A DNA stretch of 64,000 nt, taken from Epiperipatus broadwayi (lineage: Eukaryota; Animalia; Onychophora). Below are positions 53,861 through 64,000 of the stretch, in pieces. Under the pieces are notes generated by a model. That model did not search any database. It was not told the origin of the DNA and saw only the letters and a program-made list of their open reading frames with translations. The stretch covers positions 27,528,001 to 27,592,000 of the forward strand of contig JAQFVV010000002.1 of the NCBI GenBank assembly GCA_028023455.1. Direction: 5' to 3'. The position numbers were made by a program, and so were the translations under genes. The stretch's first letter is position 1. The number at the start of each line of letters is the position of its first letter.

Positions 53861-55799
53861 TAATGCATTACTTTAATTTTATCGTTATATGAACTTGCAT
53901 GTGAAGTTCATAAGTTATATTTTATTAAGTTTAAATTAATAGGGGTTGGATAAAATATTTATTCAAGAGAATAGCGCTTGCGAAAAAGCTTGAAAAGTAC
54001 TAAATGAATTCATGAGATGTATCAATCTTTATGAGGTATTTTGTGAGTCTTTCCAGATTTCTATTCCTATACTAATATTACTTATATTATATTACATATG
54101 TTTTATTTTAAGCAAGATAAGTTAGTACATTAGTTGTCCTGATTGGTGTAACATTTTATTATGCAAGAACCCACATTTGCTAAAGTGTTAGTATTTTCTG
54201 AATGGTCAGAATAACTGAGGATGATGATTTTGCACTTTAATGTGAAGTAAATAGTAATGTTGTTTTATAATGTTAAAGGGCATTAATCTGTGCTGGTGGT
54301 TAATCCGCAGATTACTTAATTGCCATTTTTGTATTTTACACTCATTCCTGCGCTGGTGGTTAATCCGCGGAATGGTGTAATTGTACTTATTGCTTTATGA
54401 TGGTGTATAAATCCACAAAACGTTTAGTGTTATTTAATTCCTACGTGTAGATGAATGCATCCACAGGAATATGTTTTACTTCATAGATATAAGTTGGGCA
54501 AAGTATATTTAGTTAATCTGCTAAATCATCTTCTTTCATTTGTAAGTATAATTTATAAGTTAGATCATCAAATTGTAGCAGGACATTCTATTCAAGTTAC
54601 TTCATAATAATTAACTGTTGGTTGATTATTATTTACCGGAATGTAAGTTTAAATTTTCACTTTATTTAATGATTGCATTATAGCTAAATCCTACAGATAT
54701 AATATTATTTATTATATTATTATAAGTTTACTGTATGGATTTATTGAATCTGGAAATGACGTTAAATATTTCATGAGTTGATGTTGAATTTAGTATAATT
54801 TTCTCAATACATTCATTATATCAAATTGAAATATAAGGTATGATTAGGTTTTTAAAAAAAAACTGTACCTATGATATGTTATTGAAGAAAGTCGATGGAA
54901 TTATAATTTATTTATTTTATTTGTTTATTTATGTCTTTAATTATAACATTGGAATTAATTACTTATTATTCATAAATTTGTAAATAAACGTTGATTTATA
55001 ATTAAACTTACTGTGCCGTTGCTATGTGTCATTCGTAAAATCAGAAATCATAAACCTTGGATAGAGCATACATTGAAGTACATACTATCGTCAACATGAT
55101 ATAAGAGTTTATTGATATTTTTTGAGAAAACATTTGGATGCTTTTCGTCTTTGGTAGTTTATGATGTGTAGGGTACAATAAAATCCCATTTACCTTTTCC
55201 ATCATTTTGGCTTTGCGCAGTTGATTCTAGTATACAATACAAATTGATTATTAAACCTGTAAACAGATTTACCAGATAATGACATGATTGAATATATTTA
55301 CTTAACGTTTTAAATTGTTATTTGTCAGTATAATAAGAGTCTCAGTGATATAGTAAACTATAATAAAAAAAGAACCCAAGTATTTATGTTTATTTATTGC
55401 AAAGCTTTACCTGGACTAGCATTTGTATTAAAAATCATATAGATGGTTTAAAATTTCATAATCTTATGTAGTTCCACAAATTATGCCATCTTGTACATGG
55501 TCGCCATCGGGTCTCATACAATAAAAATCGCAAATTAAGGTTTGAAAGATAATAACATTACACACTTATAATTTGTTTAATGTATTTTATCATACTACTA
55601 TGATAGTTCTTCGCGGTACACCCTGGCTGCGATCAAATTAAATCATAAAAGTTTATGTTAGATCATTAGTTTGGTCTGTTGTAAGTTGCTCCAGATGTTG
55701 GTTGTGGTCTTTGGTGCATAAAATAGATAGCATGATATGCTTTTGGAGACAGCTCTTAATAGCTGACAATGTGCAGCGGGAATTGATCAGTGATCGAAG

Positions 55800-55990
55800 T
55801 TAAGATTCTTAGCGCACTTATGTTTTGGTGATGTTATGTAGTTGGGACCACACAATTGCGGTTACAATCTTAGCGCCGCAACATGTTCGGCTCGATAAGT
55901 AGTTGAGAGGGCAATCAAATGGTTACAATTTTTAGCGCCGCAACGTGTTCGGCATGATAGGTAGTTGAGGGGGCAATTTATGGTTACAAT
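55800..55990. repeat. 61-nt tandem array (about 3 copies)
   Basis: ggttacaat at 55860, 55921 and 55982. cttagcgc and gtagttg recur 61 nt earlier. Confidence 0.85.
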
Positions 55991-56403
55991 ATATATAAAC
56001 TCCATCAAAATTGATGTATTAATTTCAGTTTTAAAGTAGTGACCTACTTTAGTTATATATAATAATAAGCTGAAAGCATAGCGGATTCACCTATGCTTTT
56101 ACAGCACTTATTATGGTGTAGCACAAGCAAATTAATACTAATAGTGCATTGTCTGAAATACTGGTTTCCTCTCACATAATTTACATATAAAGAGACGTGT
56201 AGATTGTTTAAGGAAAAATCTGGGGTCAATATAAAAAATAGTGATTAGATATTTGCAAATGTTTTATATTTAAGTTCTGCAAGACTTTTGCTTTTAATTT
56301 TATAAATAATAAAACATACCTGAAAAAATTTTAAGATATTACTTAAAAAAACAAAAAAATCTTTCATTCAGATTTATTTTATATAAACTTTATCTTCAAT
56401 TAT

Positions 56404-56525
56404 ACAAATTTATATTTATTTACAAGATCGCTTTCCTGGCACCGTCCATATCTATGATGTATCTACAAATTTATATTTATTTACAAGATCGCTTTCCTAG
56501 CACCGTCCATATCTATGATGTATCT
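56404..56525. repeat. 61-nt tandem duplication, 1 mismatch
   Basis: acaaatttatatttatttacaagatcgctttcct(g/a)gcaccgtccatatctatgatgtatct repeated twice. Confidence 0.95.
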
Positions 56526-57847
56526 ATTTCTTGAAAGCTTTTACTTTTGGCAACATGGGAATAACCAAGACTGATTTTTATTAAAAGTTTATTGACTTTT
56601 ACTATCTACTTTTGAGACAACCATGAGTTTAATTAATAAAATTCAATTATAAATTAAATTTTAAGATAAAAATAAATAAGGCAAATGCTTAATGCATGTT
56701 AGGACTTTATGAGCAATCTCAGCTAGTAAAGTAAGAAAGTTAAATGGCCTAAAGTCTTAAAGTTGAAAATTATGTTACATTTAATTATAAAAAACCCATA
56801 TCAAATTAAAATTATTACATTTTGAGCTTTAAAATAATTAGGCTAACTTTACATTATATCTATAAAAAATGTTCCAAATATTTAAAAGCCTGTAAAAAAA
56901 AAAAATTCATTTCATAGGTAAATAAAATTTAAAAAAGGTTAAAAGTAATCACTGCTGGTTGTTCATGTGGAAGATTTGCAATTTTATTAATAATGTTTAA
57001 ATATTTTTTAAAAATGACACTTTTTAGTACACCACACAGATTTTATTTATTTCCTCAAAATAATAATAATAAATTAGAAATGAAAATTAATAACTAAATT
57101 CAAATTATTTTAGAAATAGAAGATAAAAATCAGTAAAGTTAAATAATAATCAGTTTTGGCTGTTCACACAGAAAATATGGGTCATGTGCATTAATAAATA
57201 CAGTTTAAAATTCTTTTGCAATGTGCAATACAGTAAATTTTTGGTTATAGCCCCCAATCTCATTCTTAAAAGCCAGAAAATTAAATAGCCTAAAACTTTC
57301 CCCAAGATTAATCATATATACAAAAACTCCGTCAAAATGAATCTATATAGCTTTTTAGTTTATTTTATACATCTAAATAGGCTAGGGGTTATTTTCATAT
57401 AAAAAGCATTTATAATTTTATTATTGTGGTTAAACATAACCAGTCACTTCATATTTATAATTATAATTATTTGCCTAATATTAGCTGCTACTAGAAAAAA
57501 ATAATTATAGCTAAGTGAAGTCAGTAGTAGATAAATATTAGAAAAAAGCTGATAATTTACATTTCCTGCAAATAAATTCAAGTGATAAGTTGAAAAATAT
57601 ATTTAATGTGTTTCTATTTCTGGTTTATAGATCCAAATTTCTATGACTGCATGAAAAAGCAAATCTAGAGTGTTTTATAATCAAAATTATCAGCAACATT
57701 TCAAAATCTTCAACTATAAAAGTCACCTCCCAATTATCAACTGAATATTATTAAGAATTAATTAAGTATCTATATAGGCATATAAAAACATTTTAAGAAA
57801 CTGAAAATTAATTATAAAAATAACAATAAAAATAAATATTTAATTAC

Positions 57848-57952
57848 ATGTGTCATCAATATCAGTTAATACAGGATTTCTCGGTGAACCAGGAATAGCT
57901 TCTTCATTTTGAAGATTTTCTAACATTGTTTGTAACATTGAACGTTTAGGTC
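57848..57952 (-). CDS. STRN: Striatin-family gene, most 5' exon found in the window (105 nt, phase 1-1): (R)PKRSMLQTMLENLQNEEAIPGSPRNPVLTDIDDT
   Basis: Acceptor tttatag and donor gtaatt. Resembles the striatin linker RPNRSKLQDMLANL. Phase matches the next exon. Confidence 0.8.
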
Positions 57953-58949
57953 CTATAAATAAATAAATATAAGAGTTTGTGTATGTTTGCAGGTATACAA
58001 ACAATCACATACATTAAGTGTCTTATCTAAATATTAATGTTTTTTTTTAAAAAAGATCATTAACTTTGAAGTGATTAATACTGAAACTTACTAGTCTCTA
58101 TAATGAGAACAAAATTATTTACAAAATCAAAAAGAAAACAACTTCCAATAATACTGCAAAGTGAAATAATAAGCCTAGCAACCACCATCAACAATCAAGT
58201 TATTATTTAATCTTAATTCACGCACAGAACTTAACATATGTACATGTATATATGTGCCAAACAAGAAAATTAAATTCTGTCTGCTGACTATTAAAGTTTT
58301 TAAAAATTCCAAAACTTAAACACAATTTATACTTATCCTACATCAATTTTTTTTTTCCATGTAAAGATATGCTTCATTCAGCAATATACCAGTAAATGAG
58401 ATACAAAATAAAAACGCCTACTTGATTTAGTTATTCAATATGATATATTTCCTACAATTAAAATAAACATCCTCAAGTAATGTCTTGAGTGACTTAATCT
58501 AATCCTAACAACAACTATATAAAAAAATAGTAAGCAATTTTGCAATACATTATGAGGCGATTTAAATAAAAATAAATAAATTCAAAAACAGAAAAGGCAA
58601 TCAACTACTTTAGTGAATATGGAACACCCACATTTTGATGAACTGGATAAGAGCTAAAAATTTTAGAATCGAAAGAATATCAAACTTTGCAATATTTAGT
58701 TTCACTTGTTCAGTCAAAAACCGTACATTTTGTTTCAAATGTATACCATATAAATATTGTAATGAGATATGAAAAAAAACAAAAGATGATCGTGGGGATA
58801 AAGAGCTTTATATTCATAACAAGTTCAATTAATTAATGTTATGTACATATATGATACAAAATTTAATTTTTTCTAATAATTTATTTCCCATAGATAAATA
58901 AACACATACATTAATGCAAAGCATTAAGATGACAAAATAAATCCAAGGA

Positions 58950-59158
58950 GATCTAGTGTCTGAACCTATCCTGACACCTCTCTGAAGAGTGCCAAAGCAC
59001 GAAACCATGGTCAAGGGTTTGGGGAGGGGTTCCTGACAGAGATATTTTAAATGCTTTCTCTGGCTAAGCATTTAACACAAAGCTTGCTGAGGAATTGGCA
59101 ATCCTCATTGTTTATAACTTACAAGCTTAAGAGAATAGGGTCATGTGATCTATGACTC
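58950..59158 (+). mobile_element. 5'-truncated copy of the 50.8-kb hammerhead element
   Basis: Highly similar to the reverse complement of 50791-50953 joined to 51204-51249; same 3' end (gtgatctatgact). Confidence 0.8.
58977..59017 (+). ncRNA. Minimal type I hammerhead ribozyme, same subfamily as 50886
   Basis: cctct-CTGAAGA-gtgc caaa gcac-GAAA-ccatGGTC-aaggg. Palindromic stem III ACCATGGT; one mismatch in stem I. Confidence 0.82.
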
Positions 59159-62100
59159 ATTTTGACTAAATCCGATTGTTTAATAATAATAATAAAAAAA
59201 TTACATAATTAATCTTTTATTTATTAGGCGTATCACAATAAGGTATTAAATGTATTTTCAAAATTATTTATAGTAATTGAATATTTTAGCACAAAAAACT
59301 ATAAACATCCAGAGTTAATGAATATGATGTAGAAATTATGGTCTGAGAAGAACAAACATGAGATATGCAACATTTGGTTATACTTTTTCCAAATAAGATT
59401 GAAATACTATTTGGTAAAATCCAACAGTATGTTTGCATTCAGAGTCCTAATCATATATTCTATTTATTGTTTAATTGGAACATTTATATATTTTACAACA
59501 ATTCCTAGTTGGCAATATTGTTAAATTTGCATAGCAGACAATATCAAGATTTACAAAAGATATGAATCAAATTATTTCTCTACTAACAACAACAAAAAAC
59601 TGATGATGCAATAAAACATTAACGGAAATTGTCAATAAGCTTCATTTAAATTTTATTCTAATTTTTTATATGTACATAAAGCTTTTTTTGTTTTCATTTC
59701 TATTTTTATATCTACTTTCATCCTCTTTTTAAGCACAGTTATAGAATGATGGACTTAAACTCAATCTGTTACATTTCTAAGACATTCCCTCTTCTGGGTA
59801 ATTAACTATTCAACATTTTTTCTTCTTATATAAGACTAATTTAACTTCCTCCAACTTGCATATAAAAGTTACAACTATGAGAGAGAGAAATAAACGCTCA
59901 AAATTTCATCCATGAATCTTAGAATTGGGAAAGCACAAATAAAAGGGATATTACATCTGATTTAAAAATAACTATTTATTAATTTTATATAGTAACACTG
60001 TTTCACATAATCACAATCGAGTAATTATAGAAAATTACAAAAATTGGATTGAACTTCCTCTCCCCTAAATAAAAACAGACGCAAATAAAAAATTATAGCT
60101 ATATTCAATATTATTAATTAGAATTTATATTTAAATATTATAGTGTATTTCTCTAGTTAAATACATAACAATCCCGACAAAACTTAAAAAAAGAAGAAGC
60201 TATTTTTCAAAAATGAAAAATAAATATTAGCCCCCCTGAAAACACAATTAAGACTTATGCAAAAAAATAAAAAAACAAGTGACCAATTCAAAGTGAAAAT
60301 AACATTTAAAAATGTAAAGATTAAAAAAAAAAAAAAATGTAGTAAAAATACAAATATGATGAAAATTTATCTGAATAAACTTTGATTAATAAGGATTTCT
60401 CCAATCCACTTTTTATTTCTTCTTTCATGAAATAAGACAAAATTGCCCATTAAATAAATTTTCCAAAAAGATAAAATAAAGTGTTCATATATTTGATTAG
60501 CAGTGAATGCATATAGTGATAAAAAATAAATATAAGTGTTTAATTTAGAAATGTAAATATCTGAAAAATATAGCCAAATGTTCTTCATCAGTTATTTAAA
60601 AACCTAATAAGAAAGACTAATCTTGTTAAAAAAAAGAAAGATCCACTTTCTAAACGACCTTTCGCATTTTCAGTAAAGTTGCTAATAATAAAATTATTAA
60701 AAAAAAAAAAATAAGATGACAACTTTTTTTTTAATAATTGAATACAAAGTGGAGAAAAAAGAACATAAATTTTGTATTTTTATTAATTTACTTATTTTTC
60801 ATGTAAACCTTAATTTTTGAGTGTATTAAATCTCTATTTTAAATAAATATACATTACTTAAATGTGTTCGTTACACGTTAATGTATAAAAGTGTAGCAGT
60901 TTTTATTTTTCTTTGATCCCAATTAGACACATTATTGGATCATTTTAGTAAAAACATCTATTCCCACTGCTCTCACATATCAAAAATTCATTCATTCTAT
61001 TTTTCCTTTCAAATAACCATAATAAAGAGATTTTAATTCATTTTGGGTGTTTTATTTATTATAAAGTATCATACATTATGTAAGAGTACTTATTAATAAT
61101 GTTACACTTGTAAAACAATTATTTTTGGGATTGATATTTGAAACAAAAGAAATTAAGATAATTATGGTATTTATTAATTTGCTGTATTTTTTATTGTTTT
61201 GGTTATTTGTATCAAATAATATAAAATTGCTATGTTTGTTTACTGTTTCAACTGTCATAAAATCCAGAATACTGTATTGAGATGTATAACATAACACAAT
61301 TAAAATAACACAGAAATTTTGTATAAAATAATAACTAATTGTGAATATGCTACTTACACAATACAGATATGCTTTTAGTATTAAAATCCATTTATCATCT
61401 TTTCATATGTAGTAATATTACAAAATTAAATGCATAAACTGCAGTTATAAATTGATAACAAATGAAAAAAAAACAATTTTCCAACTAATATATTTATGTA
61501 TAGGTAGACTACTATTAACTCAAAAAACTGGATTCAAATCCCATTTTGCATTTGAAAATATTTTAAAAATGAACAGTCATCCAAATACAAATTTGTAATC
61601 ATATCAGTTTTAAAAATTAAACATAATGCATTATTAACTTGAAACGTTTTAGCAAATATTCTTTTAAAAAAAATTAATTTAATAAAGTGCATAAATTAAT
61701 GTACTAAGTGGCCAGAGCATTGATGATGATCAGCATATTTAATATCCCAGCATTGTTTTTATGTTTATGCATTCTGATGGATCAGCACTTAGTTGGTGCA
61801 TCCAAATTATCTTTAAATAATTGGCCCAAGCTGGCAAAGTCTCAATAATTAGCCTGGTCTACAGTAGACCCATTTCAAATCCAGCCACAAGATGGAATAT
61901 TGATTTTTGAAGTGATGTATTTTGATTGATCATTCATGATAATGAATGATTATTTATTTACTTCAGCATCATTTATACTTAATGATAATTCTGGTGGATT
62001 TATAATTATGCTTATAGTTGCTCTAAGGAGTTAGCTGCGGACCTCTCATAGATCTCTTGATCTCGTGCTCCTTTATGTAATATAAACCATTTCTTATATA

Positions 62101-62489
62101 TATTTTTGGATATTAATACTACTTAATATCTTCTCTTATAATATCTTATCTTATTTATATATATCAACAATATCTTAACATTGGACTTCACTTGCCATGC
62201 TTTTTTGGAATGTGGTGAATTTGACATTTTCATTAAACCATTTGAAAGCTTGTGTTTTCTCTAAAAGAATAGAATTTTACATTATTCCAATTTTTAACCC
62301 ATTACAAAAAATTGTCAAATATACCAAATGCACTTTACAAAAAAATGTGATATGTGGCACCACGATTTCACATGGTAATGTAATTGGGCAAATTGATGCA
62401 AAAGGGTCCGCCACAAGAGGTATGTAACAGTAAAAGCATGAATGACAACAGATGCACTTAAGAAAACAATTCCAATTATTTTTGGGTTC

Positions 62490-63400
62490 CTCCCTGTATA
62501 TTGAATAATTTTTAATATTGTTTAAAGTAATTTATAAAGCACTTAATAAAAGATAACTTAAAACCTGAATGAAGTTCGCAATTTTTGCCTAGTGCACTTT
62601 CAACTAAGTTATATTAGTCGAAAGTGCAATAGGCAAAAATTGCAAACTTTATTCAGATTTTATGCTATCTCATATATGGTTTTGTGTATAGTTATTTCAT
62701 TTCCTAGAAATATTGGGCACCAAAATTTTCAACGTTAATAAAAGACTGTTAATTTATTGAACTGGATAATTTTCAATATTGTTTAAAATAATTTATAGAA
62801 CAATGTAGAAAAGTTACCTTTTTTAAAATTACCATAGGTCAACATTTTTTAAAAGATAAATAATCCGACCACGCTTATTTTTTTTTTATTGATTTATTAC
62901 TTAAATTGAGCCTATATTTTTAGCAGTATATACTTATTAGAATTTTAGTTAATTAATGAAAGTTGATACTACATAGCAAATTTGAAACCATTCCCCATCC
63001 TCCACTTAAAATTCGGTAAATTCCTTAATATATTTGTATACATAAATCACAATAATATATTTTAAGGGATTCTATAAAGTATAATATTGGATAATTTTTA
63101 ATAATGTTTAAAGTAATTTATAAAGCACTTAATAAAAGTTTGTTAATTTATTACACACACTGCTATTATTTTTAAAACTAAGTAATTTATTGTATTGGAA
63201 AATTTTTAATATTGTTTAAAGAAATTTATAAAAGCATTGTAGAAAAGTTAGCCTTTTTTTTTATCATAAGTTGACATTTTTTGAAGATAAATAATGAGGC
63301 TACCACTCGCACCAATTTTTTTTTTTTATTGATTTGTTGTTTAAATTCAGCATATGTTTTTTACTAGCATAAATTCATTAGTACTTTAGTTAATAAATAG
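62490..63400. repeat. Diverged direct repeats with internal subrepeats
   Basis: 62760-62955 resembles 63197-63397. The subunit ataattttt..attgtttaaagtaatttataaagcacttaataaaag appears at about 62500 and 63090. Confidence 0.7.
62560..62662. repeat. Near-perfect palindrome, about 45-bp arms with a 6-nt loop
   Basis: ctgaatgaagttcgcaatttttgcctagtgcactttcaactaa-gttata-ttagtcgaaagtgcaataggcaaaaattgcaaactttattcag. Confidence 0.9.
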
Positions 63401-64000
63401 AGATAAATTCTAAATTGTCTTTATTTTAAAAAATCTATTTAGAAATTTGAAACTATCTTTTTTTTAATCAGTTAAATTAAATTTCCATTTAAAGCTATGT
63501 ATGCAAGTGTGTCAGTAGTTAGACTCAATTTTTAAGTATTCAAACTTTGTATTAAAAAAAGAACACAGTAAATAAGCAATATTTTTAAAACAATTAAGTA
63601 TCATAAAGAAAAACTTCATAGCCTATAAAACTCTACAAAAAAAAAAAAAAAGAAAATCATGCAAGATTCATCAAGATTGGTGCAATATTTGTTGAGTTAT
63701 AAAGTGACACATGACTTTCTTCCATATTTTTACTAAACATTTTCTTGACCAATCTTATATTTTTAAATGCTAATAAATGTAGAATTTGTTATTTTTGCTA
63801 CATATATATTAATTGAAGATTTTCTAAGTCTTACAAATGCAAACAATGAAATATAACTGCATTTTATTTGTGCAATAATCTAGATAAAATTTTAGCAGAC
63901 AACAACAATTAATTAAACCTGCTAGGGCAAGCTGAATCACATTATTTAGTATAAATAAAAAATATTAACTTAAAAATGAAGTTAAAAAAGAGAAGTTATA

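Noticed and set aside
55490-55960. Antisense hammerhead echoes (acatggtcgcc..ctcata and aacatgttcggc)
   Set aside because: The CUGANGA and GAAA cores are missing or multiply mutated, so they cannot be supported.
55860-55990. CRISPR-like look of ggttacaat recurring every 61 nt
   Set aside because: The whole units are similar to each other, so there are no unique spacers. The context is eukaryotic and has no cas genes.
1904-62427. Most short ORFs in the supplied track
   Set aside because: They are low-complexity F/I/L/K/Y-rich products of AT-rich DNA, often with non-ATG starts. Only those overlapping striatin exons, LINEs or the Merlin transposase are meaningful.
62600-62625. miR-92-like TATTGCACTT on the minus strand of the palindrome
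   Set aside because: Only the seed region matches, it is on the 5' arm, and the hairpin is too perfect with too small a loop for a canonical miR-92 precursor.
57953-64000. Search for the preceding striatin exon (KLKEQYKKE-like)
   Set aside because: No matching exon with splice sites was found; it probably lies outside the window.

Overview
This is very AT-rich eukaryotic (invertebrate metazoan-like) genomic DNA, not prokaryotic. It carries the 3' ten coding exons of a striatin-family gene (STRN/STRN3/Cka-like WD40 scaffold) on the minus strand, from 57952 down to the TGA stop at 11045-11047. All introns are GT-AG, the reading phases join without a break, and the 5' exons appear to lie beyond the window. 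The introns and flanks hold decayed mobile DNA: four RTE-type LINE remnants, two Penelope-like (PLE) RT remnants, a Merlin (IS1595/ISXO2-like) transposase element with two related TIR elements, a hAT MITE, a possible piggyBac remnant and SINE-like heads. The most interesting signal is a set of small non-coding elements carrying minimal type I hammerhead ribozyme motifs: six motifs at four loci. They show about 370-nt tandem monomers, inverted 5' arms and a candidate TSD, which fits retrozyme-like or PLE-derived elements. One intact copy is sense to the striatin pre-mRNA and sits inside a long inverted repeat that could lock it. A second unexplained pattern is four unrelated tandem arrays, all with a 60-61 nt period, within 53.7-56.5 kb. 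All calls were made by eye; no searches or folding programs were run.
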